A stretch of 63,981 bases of DNA, the filler included, from Octopus bimaculoides (Eukaryota): assembly GCF_001194135.2 (NCBI RefSeq). It is 6 parts of 6 records of this genome, joined end to end, with 100 filler letters (N's around TTAATTAATTAA, not from the genome) between each part and the next. Parts side by side here need not be neighbours in the genome. Positions count along the whole stretch, not along the records: positions 1 to 4,789 come from NC_068981.1; positions 4,890 to 16,236 come from NC_068987.1; 4 more parts are not named here. One strand, given 5' to 3'. This document shows, one piece after another, positions 1-14,300 of this stretch (the stretch's first letter is position 1; the number at the start of each line of letters is the position of its first letter). The translations under genes and the position numbers were made by a program. The notes beneath the pieces were generated by a model. The model had not been told where the DNA came from and ran no database searches. It worked only from the letters and a program-made list of their open reading frames with translations.

Positions 1-372
1 ATATATATAGGTGTGAGAGTATACTTGTGTAAATTTCTATGTATGTAACTTGTGTTATTCTGTTACTTTTATGTTGAAGCCTCTATTTATATTAGCGTGC
101 AATTCTCTCGTATTTTACGAATGTTAATTGTGATACGTATATTCTATATGAAAGTTAAAGGTTTCATTGAAAGAATAACCCTATTCCAAAAAGGTTTATG
201 ATATTGTAATTGTAAGCAGATTGTGTTATGTGTTGAAGTAGCAGCTACATAACATTAGCTATCGTCTTGTGGTTATTTTGCGTAATGATATTTTATTTTA
301 ATGAATTTGTTAAATTACACTCCGAGCAAAATTGTTATGTTCATGGTTCTCTTAAGCCTTTCACACTCGTAG

Positions 373-628
373 GGAAATGTTCCTTATGTGATTTCCAAGA
401 ACAAATTACACGACTTTCATTTTACCTGTGACCATCATATTTCAATAGATGGTAAATTATATACAGTGGGATTTCCTCTTGCATATAGAACAATTTTGCA
501 AGCTGTGTAGTTGTATTAGATGATTTTGATACACATTCTTGCATCTCCATTGTCTATATTCAGGATCACAAAGTGAAAGAAATAATGTAGAAGCCAACGC
601 TTTAAAAATATTGCAAACATGCAGTTAG
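373..628 (+). CDS. Candidate last two exons of an unidentified gene: 373-451 + 564-628 (GNVPYVISKNKLHDFHFTCDHHISIDGSQSERNNVEANALKILQTCS*)
   Basis: Both exons have pyrimidine-rich AG acceptors. The first has a G|gtaaat donor and only one open frame, the phases match across a 112-nt intron, and an AT-rich tail follows. No recognisable homology. Confidence 0.3.
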
Positions 629-3189
629 CCTGTTGGTCTTTCAATCTTAACACTGAATAATGCAAAACAATTTATTTTCAGACTACATTTTGCAGAGAAG
701 TCATGAATAAATTATCAACAATTCGTGTAAGGTTTAAGTTCAGGAGCATTCATATTCTATTTACTTTTCTCATTTTTATTATTTTCAGTTGGAACTTTTT
801 AAGTGTTAGCAGCGATAGATGTTTTTGTTTTTTTTTCACATGTGCAGCATTCAAATGTCAGGTTGGAACTCACGCATTACAAAAACAAGTGTGTGGTTGT
901 TTTACGATTTTATTCAATTTATATATTTCCTATTAAACCGTACGTATATGATTTTTTCGCACTGGTGCCTCTCTCGATGTACGTGCATTACATTTATTTG
1001 TATCTAATTAGTATGTAATATATATATGTATATATGTGTGTGTGTGTGTGTTTTTTTTTTTGTGTGTGTGTGTGTGTGTGTGCGTGCTTGTGTGCGTGTT
1101 TGTGTGTGTATATGTATATATATTTGTTTGTGTGTATTTGTGTGAGAGAAAGAATAATTAGGGTGTGCTAATGACTACTCTCAGTAAGAAAGACAGTAAA
1201 CACTTAACGTTTATTTTGCGAGTAGACGATGATATCGTTCGAGGTAAGGCACACTCTGGCGATTCCGAAAGTTCACATAGGAGTAGAAAGAGGAAGAATC
1301 AGAGATTGATGACGATGATGATGATGATGATGATGATGATGAAGAGGAAAACGTGGTGATGGAGGAGGAGAAGGTGGAGGGGAAAGGAACAAAGACACTT
1401 CATTTCCGAATGAAAGCAGAGCGGAGGAATGTATGATAAGCTAGTATTTATATATGAAGGAAAGTGTTGCTCAGGTGCACTACAGCTAAAAAAAAAAAAA
1501 GATATAGAGAATTCATGCACGTCAATGTAAAGGAGAATGTCATTGTCTGTGATCTTGCCGTTATCGATGCTGCTCCTAATGTTGATTTACACGTTTCGGC
1601 TGTATACAAATTTTGTATATTACTCCTTCAACTTATGTTTCATAAGAGCTTAGGTTATAAATCCGTATAAAAATTTTCGCTTGGGTAGCTTCAGAAAAAT
1701 CAGCAAATGTCTTGTATACCCATTTCTATTTCTAAATGATTTCGTCATAACACGAAATGTTTTCGGAAATAGACCTAAATAAGGACTATAAAAAATATTT
1801 GGTGTGTGTGTGTGTGTGTTTGTGTGTGTGTGTGCGTGTGTGTGTGTTTTATACACGTATATTGTGAAGCATGAAATATATACATATTTGGCCAGTCAGT
1901 AGCCAAAGAAACAGATTTCAACTCAAACCAGCAGTAGCTTTCCTTGTTTTTAGTCCCAGGACCCTCGAATTCTACTAGTTTACTTTCATCGGAGGATACA
2001 TTTGCACAAGTTTATATACCACCTGGAGACACAAATATATAAATCAACAGTGCCTGCTAAAAACTAAACTCAATAATAGTTCTAAAACTACACTCGTGAG
2101 TACAATTAATTTTACTTGATTTGTATTAAACACACTGCTCTTTCTTTTTTGTCCTAAATGCACTGATCTCTCTCACACACACCCGAATATAGCGACGCAT
2201 TCCGAATATATAAACATAAAGGTTCCTACGGCACATTTACGATCATGCATAAAATCATAAATAACTAACGTACGGTGTATAATACTGTTCTATCCACTGA
2301 ATATGACCAATAATATTCTAAAACGCCACCGGGTGGAAACGAAATCTGTGCACTGATAAACGCTTGGTACGCTCAACATAACGATTTTTTTTTACAGAAA
2401 TCCACTATATCGAATGCGGAGATTTCAAATCTGCCAAAAAATCTGCATTTCAAAATTGAAATTGAAATTTTTTCTTTGGTAATTCGTATTAAAATTTTGG
2501 AAACGCATTTCTAGCATGTTAGGTTTCCTGTTTAGATACTTTTTGCATCTACTATTTTATAATTCTAATTTCCCCTCTTGTCATATAACGGAGGGTAGGG
2601 TTGTTTATTAATAATTACTATTTATTTTTATTTTCAAAAATTGAAATTTTACAATTTTTTTTTTTTTTTTCACAATCATGATTTCCGTATTTTCCTGTGT
2701 ATTTCGCCAAAAGAATTTTTTAAGAAGTGAAAATGTAAGGAATGGTTGAGGTGGGGGAATTCAAATTTTGAAGTGCAGATTCGGAATCTCCGCACTCGAT
2801 ATAGTGGATTCCAGAAAAAAAAAATCCCAAAGAGAGTGCGGTCCATTTTCTATACCTCCACCGCTAATGTGTATAGTAAAGTTGCCGAAAAATTAGCGTC
2901 ACAGTCCTTTTACAGATCTGTAAAACAGATCGAAAGCAAAATAAAAGAATTCACATACCTTACATACGCACATGACAACGCTAGAAACCATACTTGCCAA
3001 TGGATTTAGTGTACCAACTGACCCATTGAAGTTGCCATCTGACCTATTTCCACCCAACATTACCGTGGCGAGCCAGGACTCACTACCGCAACATCAGCCT
3101 GCTATTGCTACTACATTGGAATCATCTTGTTTGGTATCACAATATGACCTGATCCCACCCAGCCCTACTGTTGCAACAATGATGACGAT

Positions 3190-3790
3190 GCTTCAATGGG
3201 ACCTATCCGTAGTAACCCAGTGGGCACAAAAAAGCAACATGCAGCTGAACGTAGAAAGATTTGAGCTCATCCACTTTGGAAAAGAATGCACACACAAGCA
3301 ACCGTATACACTACTCTCGGGAGACCTACTTGAACCATCGAGTACTATCAGAGACTTAGGTGTAACTGTCGACGAAAACCGTAGCAGGGTTGTACACATA
3401 AACAAAACAGTCGATGTTGCCCGCAAAATGTGCTCATGGATCCTGAGATCTTTTCAATCTAGGGATCATTAAACCATCATCCGTCTCTTATCTACGTTCG
3501 CTAGGCCCCACCTCGAATACTGTTGCACATTGTGGTCCCCCTACAAAAAAAAACAAAAAAACATAATGAAGATCGAAGCACTACAAAGATCGATCACTAA
3601 AAGAAAAATAAACAGCATGACGGGACTTGACTACTGGCCTCGATTTAAACAGCTGAAACTCTCTTCTCTGCAACACCGCCGTGAGCGATACATTATTTGC
3701 ACCATGTGGAAAATAGTCCACCAGTATTATCCAAATGATAGCGTTATTATGGTTACCATTCACTCAAAAGTAGGCCCCCGTGCAATGCCA
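3190..3790 (+). mobile_element. CR1/L2-type LINE ORF2 C-terminal remnant (decayed)
   Basis: LQWDL..WA...MQLNV, IRDLGV, RPHLEY..LWSPY, IEALQR, LKLSSLQHRRER motifs across a stop and frameshift. Confidence 0.9.
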
Positions 3791-3890
3791 AATTACGGTG
3801 ACGTAAACACACGAAGCCTGTTCTCAGGTGGTGTGCGGGGTGCAAACACAGACACAGAGATACATACACATAGATATATGCATATCTATC

Positions 3891-3972
<82 letters not shown>

Positions 3973-4789
3973 TTCATAAGAATATATAAACACACTGAGA
4001 CTCGGAAAAAGTCTTAAATCTCTAATATTCTGTTGATACATTTCTAATACTGAGTTTATAACCAAGAAATTTCGTAAATTTTTTCCTGCCACATAAAAAT
4101 TGAAGAATATTGATGACGATGTCAACGTGTTACATCACAATCAACAAACGTTGCCCAGTGTTTTGCCATTCTCTGTAATCGATATACATCCTCAGAGTTA
4201 ATATTCATTCATAGAAGCATCAGGAAGGAAGCTGATACAAAAGATTAAATGAAAAATCAATTTTGTATTCTCTATCTTCAATCTGGTGTTGTATTAATTT
4301 GTCTTCGCCAAGCAAATATAATTGATGGCTTTTGAATGCGTAAACCTGTTCCCGCTATAGTTGTCGTTGATATATAGATATGTTCTATTTTGCAGAAATA
4401 TGTTAAGGAAACAATCCTTATTGAAAAGGTTTCAAAAATGAATGTATTAAAAGAAATAAGGTGTGGTAAAGGTCGACATCATCATTGCCGACTTCATTGA
4501 CGTCAACAGAATTTCCATTCTTCATTTCCTTTCTCGTGTTCAATGAATGAGTAGACCCTGCTTTGCAGAAAACATGCATCCGTAAAAATCACGCACAGAA
4601 GAATAAGGTCACATTTGGGTTTTTCGAATTTCCGTCAATACCGTTTGTCTAATTCATTTCTGTGGCAATATTATTCAAGAACGCAGGTCCTTTAAAATCA
4701 GAATACATGGCAAAATTAGACTTTTACCTCTCATTTTCCCTCTCCTTCTCCTTCTCGTTCTCTATCTCACTTTCTCTCTCTCTCTCTCA

Positions 4790-4889
4790 NNNNNNNNNNN
4801 NNNNNNNNNNNNNNNNNNNNNNNNNNNNNNNNNTTAATTAATTAANNNNNNNNNNNNNNNNNNNNNNNNNNNNNNNNNNNNNNNNNNNN
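4790..4889. other. Artificial 100-nt join spacer N44-TTAATTAATTAA-N44; identical spacers at 16237-16336, 38780-38879, 56311-56410, 62784-62883
   Basis: Five identical copies centred in exactly 44 Ns each side. TTAATTAATTAA gives stop codons in all six frames, a known linker design. Confidence 0.95.
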
Positions 4890-5359
4890 ATATATATATA
4901 TATATATATATATATATACTTATATGTGTGTACATGCATACACACACACGCTCTCTCTCTCTCTCACACACACATGAAACACACGTGCACTGGTTCAGAG
5001 AGCGTGACAGAGGGAATGAAAGGAAGTAAAAGTGAGTGAAGCAGGGAAAAAATCTAGAGACAACATGTTTCATAGTAACAGTTTATGCATGTATATACGT
5101 ATGTATGTGTGCATGTATGTATGTATATATGTATGTATGTATGTATATGTGCGTGTGTATGTATATATGCGTGTATGTGTGTATGTATATATGTATGTAT
5201 ATATGTATGCATATATGTGTGTGAATGCATGTATGTGCGTATGTATATATTTATCTATCTATCTATCTATGCATCTGTCTATCTATCTGTCTATGCATCT
5301 GTCTATCTATTTATCTATCTATCTATCTATCTGTATATCTATTTATCTCTCTCACTATT

Positions 5360-5422
<63 letters not shown>

Positions 5423-6939
5423 CCATCTATCTAGCTAACTAAATATCTGTCTATCTATCTATTCTACCTATTTAAGTATCTAGCCAGACACTGAAAACAT
5501 AAAAATATTTTGACACCGATTTTATCATCCAGATTATATTTTAAGGATCCTAACTTGATGAACACGTGTTTTGGACACATTGTTATCCGGGTATATTGCA
5601 GGAAGCTGGGGAGAGTAAAGCAACTATATCGAAGAAGATGAAAGGGTGTGTGGGTATGAGTTTTTGTTACTCAGAGAACGGATTGTAAATGAGAATTAGG
5701 AAGATATGTGATATTATGAATGCAATGCCTGACTAGGAAGATATGTCTAGATGATGGATGGTTTGCGACGAATGGGATACTGCGCGATATGGTATTTGAA
5801 AGAGTGAACGAGCATGAAAGCATGATTGCGAAATTATCTGAGTAAAATTGGATAAATGGCTAAGCCAAATGAAAGGTGCTACACTCACAGATAGACAATC
5901 AGAACGCTAGAGAAGGGTGAGACAGATATACAGTGATGCATGTGGTTGGGTATATTAAAAAAAATATAGGCGCACACACGCGCACACACATACAAACATA
6001 TATCTGCGTGTCAGCCTGTCTGTATGCATATATATATATATATATATATANNNNNNNNNNNNNNNNNNNNNNNNNNNNNNNNNNNNNNNNNNNNNNNNNN
6101 NNNNNNNNNNNNNNNNNNNNNNNNNNNNNNNNNNNNNNNNNNNNNNNNNNNNNNNNNNNNNNNNNNNNNNNNNNNNNNNNNNNNNNNNNNNNNNNNNNNN
6201 NNNNNNNNNNNNNNNNNNNNNNNNNNNNNNNNNNNNNNNNNNNNNNNNNNNNNNNNNNNNNNNNNNNNNNNNNNNNNNNNNNNNNNNNNNNNNNNNNNNN
6301 NNNNNNNNNNNNNNNNNNNNNNNNNNNNNNNNNNNNNNNNNNNNNNNNNNNNNNNNNNNNNNNNNNNNNNNNNNNNNNNNNNNNNNNNNNNNNNNNNNNN
6401 NNNNNNNNTATATATATATATATATATATATGCACATATATACATACGTATATGTACATACTTACATCTATACGTATATATATATATATGCATATTTGGG
6501 TGGGCATAGGACGTCACGAAACGTGTACAACAAAAAAATACAGAGTACGAGTACATGGAATATGAACTATGTTTTCGAGCAACGAAAGACACAAATGGCA
6601 AACAAGACCATCAGCATAAAGGGCGACCCTTCAGCAGTTATTGGCTGTTTTTCCTACTCAATAATAATAATCATAATATATACGAAAAGTAATTTCTGTG
6701 TTTCAGTGTGTCACATTTTGACACCTCTCTCACTATTCGTTAACACTCCTACTAATGCTCATGCTGGAGTGAGGGTAATAGTAGGCATAGAGACGGTGAG
6801 GGCGATGGTGAAGACAGACAGAGAGTGAGAGAGAGAAAGAGGGAAAAGAAATTTATTGAGAGTTAACGAGGTTTTTGTTAAATGTAGTAGTATTGATGGT
6901 GGCACTGGGAGTAATAATAAGAGAGAGAGAGAAAGAGTG

Positions 6940-6982
<43 letters not shown>

Positions 6983-6995
6983 NNNNNNNNNNNNN

Positions 6996-7058
<63 letters not shown>

Positions 7059-7069
7059 ACACAAACATG

Positions 7070-7357
7070 GAATGCGCGTAGTTTAGTGGTTTCTGTGTTA
7101 CACTCACGATCACGATGGCTACTTCATCGGTTCGATTCCGGTAACGAGTAGCGCGTTGATTTCTTCAGCAAAACACTGCAGTTGACGTTGCTCTGCGATG
7201 GTTTCGACCCTGGTGCACCTGTACAGATTACGCTGGTTTGACAGACGGAATCATTTATTGTACACCACATAATATATTTGATCTCTTTAAACAAATCATT
7301 TGTGCAGGTCGTTCCGCAAGAGCTGAATGCGCATACGTCGTCTTCGACGGGAGAGTC
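7070..7357 (+). mobile_element. tRNA-headed SINE-like repeat; 3' part recurs at about 35880-35965
   Basis: gcgcgtagtttagtgg...ggttcgattcc head; shared caaatcatttgtgcagg...gtcgtcttcgacgggagagtcc tail. Confidence 0.6.
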
Positions 7358-7804
7358 CATTGTGTGTGTATATATATATATGTGTGTGTGTGTGCGTGTG
7401 CGTGTGTATGTGTGTATTATACATACATATACATATATTTTATGTATATACACGTATGTGCATGTTGGTGTTCACATGCATATGTGTGTGCATATGCATG
7501 TTTGTGTGAGTGCGCGGCTGTGTGTATGTGTGTTTCCTATAGACAATTTACTATATTTTAGCCTGTGTAGAAATTCCTGCGAATTCAACTTTGCTTTTTA
7601 TATCTTCGGGGTTTCTAAAATAAGAATCAGATGAATAGTGGGGTCCATGTAATCGACTAGCCATATCCCCAAATCCCCATAAATTTTCAGCCCTTGTGCC
7701 TATCACCGAAAGAGTTATTTATTCGATTTTCTTGCACCTCGGACATAATTTTTTTTCAGGATGATGTAGTTTTTTAGGTATTCTATATATTCTTTACTCT
7801 TTTA

Positions 7805-7834
7805 CAGCATCGGTTGTCAAGCGATGTTGGGGAA

Positions 7835-7916
<82 letters not shown>

Positions 7917-8082
7917 TATATAAGACGGGCTTCTTTCAGTTTCCGCCTACCAAATCCACTCACAAGGCTTTGATCGGCCCGAGGCTATAGTAGAAGACAC
8001 TTGCCCAAAGTTCCACGAACTGGGACTTAATCCGGAACCATGTGGTTGGTAAGCAAGCTACTTACCACACAGCCACTCCTAC
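7805..8082 (-). mobile_element. tRNA-derived SINE family A; other copies about 21165-21300(+), 23830-23995(-), 25240-25592(-), 31194-31356(-), 35770-35830(+), 37855-37990(-), 38632-38779(+), 48640-48915(-), 58262-58420(+), 60410-60800(-)
   Basis: Repeated tRNA-like head (tggtaagtagc...ggttcagtccc) followed by ccttgggcaagtgtcttctactatagcctcggg...gaaactgaaagaagcccgtc. Confidence 0.88.
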
Positions 8083-9037
8083 ACCTAATATGAAAGTAAC
8101 TCATTCTCTTTGTACTAAAACAATTGTTTAACTTTTGCTTTCATATGTGGAATTTCAACGAAATTTTAAATAACATTGAAATACATTTCAGTATAGTCAA
8201 TGTCGTGGTGTAGTTTCATAGTTATCAGGTCCCATTACATTTCGGGCTATATGACATCTGCAGTGCTGTTAGTGTTTCTTTAACACGCGTGTTTTGTCTT
8301 CAATTTGAGACTCCTTCTCATAAACATACACGTGTGTATTTTTGAACGCGTGTGGCCCTGAGAACTATTACACTGAAGGAAATAATCACTTAGATTTTAA
8401 ATCGTGGTGTCATGAGGAGTTTGAGTTTTAAATTTAAGAGTAACGAAGAAGTTCCATAGAATTTAATACTCAGTACAAACAATCTAAATATTATCATTTA
8501 TCGTAATCTTGTAAAGCGCAATTTCAATCTTGTTTGGGATCATAAAAATGACAACTACAGGCAAATTTCTTACACTAAATTAAATATTTTACGAGGTAGT
8601 TTAGTGTAAATATTCAAGGAATTTATTCTTACTTGTTTTTCTTCACAGTGAATAGTCCATCAAACAAAACAGAGGAGAGAAGAAAAAAATCCTCATAGAC
8701 ACTAGCTACATTCAGAAAAATTCTTCGTTACGCAAAGTTCATAAAAAGTTGAATAAATCTAGAATGATTACGCAAATTACAAACGTACTTCGTCATCATA
8801 AAATAACCAATGAAGAAGGAGATAAATGACAACCAATCAGTGAGCTCAAGATAAAAGTAATTACAAGACAGAAGCGTTAGACTATATTCGCAACAAGAAA
8901 TATAAACTCTCCACGAAACTATGTTGAAAAAGACGCGAGACACACAATGCAGTTACAATAAACCATATAGTGAACAATATAATGAGCGCTGCTATTGCTT
9001 ATTCGACAGAAGCCGTTCAAATTTGGTATACATACTT

Positions 9038-9076
<39 letters not shown>

Positions 9077-10622
9077 TGTAACAACCATGTATGCATATAA
9101 GCAAACTTACATTTATATTTTTAGAAGCGACGAGCGTGTATCGTATGATGAAGACTAGAATGTGGTATTTTGAACGCAGTAACGCCGTTAAAACAACAGT
9201 AAGTTTGGATACCATCAATAGCCACAGCAGTCGAACCCACATCCCCAAGGCATTGGCTGAGTGCTTTACGATTAAGCTAAACTGCCCACTGACAACAATT
9301 CCGCTGACCTTAAGTGCTAATATAATATATATGTAAATAAATTTATTTAAAAACAATTACAAGATTTTCAAATCCAGGTGCATTTTCAACAACGAATTTT
9401 CATATATTTATATATGTATGTATNNNNNNNNNNNNNNNNNNNNNNNNNNNNNNNNNNNNNNNNNNNNNNNNNNNNNNNNNNNNNNNNNNNNNNNNNNNNN
9501 NNNNNNNNNNNNNNNNNNNNNNNNNNNNNNNNNNNNNNNNNNNNNNNNNNNNNNNNNNNNNNNNNNNNNNNNNNNNNNNNNNNNNNNNNNNNNNNNNNNN
9601 NNNNNGAAGGGGATGTTTCTATGTGGCCTGCTTGTTTGTTGCACCTTGTTTACCATTTTTGTCCTTGTTCTTTTGTCACGTCATGTACCCAGTTATGTAT
9701 CTATATGTACATGAGAGATTCCTAATGCTAATCTGATCACTTTTATGTGCATGTGTGTATATATGTGTTGGCGTGTGTGAGCGTGTGTGTTTATATGCCC
9801 ATGTATGTATATGTATGCGTGTGTGCGCACGTGTGTGTGTGTGCTTGTGTGTGTTTGTATGAGCGTGCGTGTTTGTGAGTTTGTGTGTGAGGTTGTGTTA
9901 TGTGGAGATATATGTCCGTACCTGTATGCGGCCACCTGTGTGTGCGTGTGTATGCGCACGTGTGTGTATGTGTAGGAAGTATATGTGCTTTCATGTGTGC
10001 GCGCGGGTGAGTGTATGTTTGCGTGTGTGTGTATATGTACATGTGTGTATATCTGTACACGTGTGTATATGTGTACATGTTTGTATATGTACATATGTGC
10101 ATGTGTATGTGTGCATGTATGTGTGTGTGTATACAGAAAAAAGTAAAATATAATAAAATAAGATCGATAAATTAAGTGGGGAAGGGGAAAGGGCATAAGA
10201 TGTAAAAAATTACAAAAATTAAGATACAAGATAAAAAATAAAAATAAAATAATAAAAATTAAAAGGATAAAACAGATATTAATACATAAAAAATGCAATT
10301 TAAATGTTAAACAGTTCGATGGAAAGAGAACGATAAAAATCGAGAATAGGTTAACAGTGTAAATAAGTATGTATTTATAACAGAGGGTAAAATAAGATAA
10401 ACTAAAATAAAATAGAATAAGAAATAAAAGAGTTGCTTTTTTAAGGAGTTTCTAGAGACAGTCGTTAAGAGGGGGGTTGAGTCCGAATGGAAATTGTGTT
10501 TGTAGACTGACAATGTAACGCTGTTCCAGGCGGAGTCGCTAGAGTGTGGATCCGTGGTGCAGGGCTAGTCCAAAGAGTGGTTGGCCAAGCGGAAATGACG
10601 AGCAATGCAGACACACGCACAT

Positions 10623-10656
<34 letters not shown>

Positions 10657-11251
10657 TTATATATAAGAAGTGCATATATATATATATGTGTGTGTGTATG
10701 TATATATGTTGTTGTTGTTGTTGGCCCTCCGTCGCTTACGACGTCGAGGGTTCCAGTTGATCCGATCAATGGAACAGCCTGCTCATGAAATTAATGTACA
10801 AGTGTCTGAGCACTCCACAGACACGTGTACCCTTAACGTAGTTCTCGTGGATATTCAGCGTGACAGTGTGACAAGGCTGACCCTTTGAATTACAGGTACA
10901 ACAGAACCAGGAAGAAAGAGTGAGAGAAAGTTGTGGTGAAAGAGTACAGCAGGCTTCGCCACCATCCCCTGCTGGAGCCTCGCGATCCTATGACCGCGAG
11001 TGCACAGCTCTCTAACCACTGGGCCATTGCGCCTCCACATATTTAAGTTTGAAGATAGATATACAGACATTTCACAGAAACGGTTAGGTGAGTTATTAAG
11101 TTATACAGTATCATTCCATATGTAGTCTCGCATAGACAATATGAAGCAACAAACAGTATGTTATGTATCGTATTGCGTTAGCACGTACACTTAAGGATCT
11201 ATACAGAGATGTGCAAATAATATTTGCAAATAATAATTATGTGTGCGTGAG

Positions 11252-11295
<44 letters not shown>

Positions 11296-11709
11296 AGAGA
11301 CAGTGGGTGGGTGTGTATGTGTGAGAGACATAGTGTGTGTGTTTGCGTGCTTGGAAGTTCATCTTATTTTACCGTCTGTGCATATGCCTCCTTGTGTGTA
11401 GGTATGCGTATACACTTGCGCGCGACTTTTCAAATTCGCGTTGTTGGCAATTTGTTTGAGATCATATTTGGTGACTGTGTGTGGCATAAGCTTTGTGAAG
11501 GATTAGTGAGCACTTATATATCATAACATAAAATGTAATATATATGTAGACTGACATTGTTATTGGACCTTTTGTTAATTGCAGTATTTAACAGAATGGG
11601 ATACATACGAAAAATAATTACGTATGATATATGTATGCAGACACAGGAGCACACACAAACACTCGTATACATACATGTATGTATGTATGTATGTATGTAT
11701 GTATGTATG

Positions 11710-11741
<32 letters not shown>

Positions 11742-11987
11742 NNNNNNNNNNNNNNNNNNNNNNNNNNNNNNNNNNNNNNNNNNNNNNNNNNNNNNNNNNN
11801 NNNNNNNNNNNNNNNNNNNNNNNNNNNNNNNNNNNNNNNNNNNNNNNNNNNNNNNNNNNNNNNNNNNNNNNNNNNNNNNNNNNNNNNNNNNNNNNNNNNN
11901 NNNNATATATATATATATATAATATATATGAGTATATGCTTATATACGTACATGTATGTACATATCTACATCTACACGTATATATAG

Positions 11988-12110
11988 ATGCATATCTGGG
12001 TACAGGACGTTGCAAAAAAAACGTGGACAAAATGATAAACGGAGTACAGAAAACACACAGGCCACATAGAGGACATTTCCTTCATCAGCTACCACCATTC
12101 TAAAACTAAG
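11988..12110 (-). repeat. Second short interspersed family, probably Penelope-tail-like; related copies near 6490-6560, 9606-9700 (opposite strand) and 56437-56522
   Basis: Shared catatctgggtacaggac...gccacatagagaacatt..cttcatcagctac sequence. Confidence 0.6.
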
Positions 12111-12489
12111 CATTTCGAAGAGTTAGGGCAGGTCGCATTGTTAGAATCGCTCTTCCCACGGACCACAAATTAAGTATAAATTAAATTTGTAACGCGGAGG
12201 AATGTAGTGGCGGACAGAAAACAAGACAGGAATACGAAACAGCGAAATTAAACAAGAAAGGCTGTTCGGCCAGACGTGAAAAAAATTGTGTATAGTGAAC
12301 GCTGTGAAGCAACAAACTGGAAGGAAGAGAGACGAAGAACGTTCGTGCGAGCTTGGCGACAGCTAAGATATGAAAGAAAGAGAAGTAGCCGGACACGTGA
12401 CCAGCGAAGGGTAAGGAGAAAGAGTGCTGGAGGGAGATGGGTGTCAATCTGAAGACAGTGCAATATGAGGACGTGTATGCGAGAGTGAT

Positions 12490-12830
12490 TAAAATTAAAC
12501 ATCTAGTAAACATCTTGGTGTTTGAAACGATCGCTAGTGATGGCGACGTTATGCCTCCATTCATCTTCCTGCACGGTCTCAGACTCAACACGGAAGACAT
12601 TATGCCTGGCAATAGAACCCCGCAAGATGCCACATGAGCAGGAGAACCCATGAATTAGTTGTGAGACGAGTTCTGCGACTACACGACCCCTAACAGCTGG
12701 CCTCCTAACTCCTCAGACTGCAAAACTCTGGATTATTATGTGTGGGGTTCAGTTGAGCGAAAGATCGAGAAAACTCCTTGTAACACGAAAGATGACAGAA
12801 AGCAAGGATTATGGCAGCATTCACCAACTA
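12490..12830 (+). mobile_element. Tc1/mariner maT (DD37D)-like transposase remnant
   Basis: SDGDVMPPFIF.HGLRLNTE and WPPNSSDCKTLDYYVWG..E...KTPCNTKD motifs, internally deleted. Confidence 0.8.
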
Positions 12831-12915
12831 AAACAAGAAGACCGTCCACCAAAGCTATATATATGTGTGTGTGTGTGTATGTGTGTGTGTGTGTGTGTGT
12901 GTGTCTGTGTATACG

Positions 12916-12994
<79 letters not shown>

Positions 12995-13461
12995 TTTTAT
13001 ATTATTAATAAATTCATAAACTCATCAATAATGTACTCAGGAAATCAATATTTAATATTTTGTAAGNNNNNNNNNNNNNNNNNNNNNNNNNNNNNNNNNN
13101 NNNNNNNNNNNNNNNNNNNNNNNNNNNNNNNNNNNNNNNNNNNNNNNNNNNNNNNNNNNNNNNNNNNNNNNNNNNNNNNNNNNNNNNNNNNNNNNNNNNN
13201 NNNNNNNNNNNNNNNNNNNNNNNNNNNNNNNNNNNNNNNNNNNNNNNNNNNNNNNNNNNNNNNNNNNNNNNNNNNNNNNNNNNNNATAATAGTATTTTAG
13301 AAGCATAAAGCTTATAAGCGAACACCGTGCAATAATGTGGTCAATAAGTCCTGGATGGTCTTATTAGGTTTTTTTCCGTGTGCGTGGGACTCGATCCCAC
13401 ATCACTTCGTTTTCGCGACATGTGTGCTAAGCATTTACACCAACGTATCACAACCCATCGC

Positions 13462-13525
<64 letters not shown>

Positions 13526-13643
13526 GCGTATCTATCTATCTATGCATCTAACTAGCCTATTATATATATTCATACGCACATACATATTTATATTTATACA
13601 TATATACGTGCATGCATAAATATACACATATCTGAATAAATAT

Positions 13644-13719
<76 letters not shown>

Positions 13720-13724
13720 GTATT

Positions 13725-13759
<35 letters not shown>

Positions 13760-14033
13760 GTATATATATGTATTATATATCTCAATACACGTAAATGCAT
13801 ACATGGAAAACAAATACATACGTATACATGTGCGCATAAATATATGAAAATATATATGAAAGTATTGCTGTGCTTATGTATGCGTGTGTGTGGGTGTGTG
13901 TGTAGGTCTAGTGCATCTGTTCGTCTGTGTTCTTCTCTGTTCCCGCGCACACGCACACGCACACACTTTCTCTTTCTCTGTCCTCACACACACATACACA
14001 CACACACACACACATACACACACACACACATAC

Positions 14034-14300
14034 ATATATATTTTCAAGTGATTTCCTGTCGCCATCTGGCCATAGTAATATTCATTACTCCACTGTGATT
14101 CATAGACCTCAAGTCTTTCAATATCCTGTTTTGACTGATGCCAAGCTGCAAACCTGGTTACAATAATTCTTCTCTAATACAAAGACAAACAAATTTGTGA
14201 TGATATTTCCATCTAACCAAACTTTGGCGCTGCTCACCTGTCCGTATCGCCATTTTCTTGGTGAGCAGTGAGAAAATGCATCGCAGTGTTTGCTCCGGAC
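14034..14300 (-). CDS. Candidate exon pair of unidentified gene (about 14300-14238 + 14173-14034)
   Basis: Donor CAG|gtgagc, 64-nt intron, tttgtctttgtattag acceptor. The spliced frame reads ...SPRKWRYGQRRIIVTRFAAWHQSKQDIERLEVYESQWSNEYYYGQ..., and the other two frames of the second exon close. No recognisable homology. Confidence 0.22.

Noticed and set aside
1165-1440. Acidic coding exon (EIDDDD...EEENVVMEEEKVE)
   Set aside because: Built on a (GAT)n tract, preceded by an in-frame stop, with no credible acceptor.
4790-4889. Recurring TTAATTAATTAA palindrome (five times) as a biological motif
   Set aside because: Always centred in exactly 44+44 Ns; it is an artificial six-frame-stop linker.
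8229-8698. Second claudin-like exon (HFGLYDIC...C, 8229-8331) splicing in phase to 8649-8698
   Set aside because: The donor (gtgtgt) and first acceptor are weak, no TM1 exon was found, and the spliced product stops before any TM2-4. Probably chance, though RNA-seq could test it.
11988-12140. Hammerhead in the second interspersed family (minus strand has CTGATGA at the equivalent place in several copies)
   Set aside because: No GAAA follows a helix II, and a type-II arrangement using the upstream CGAAA gives no convincing helices.
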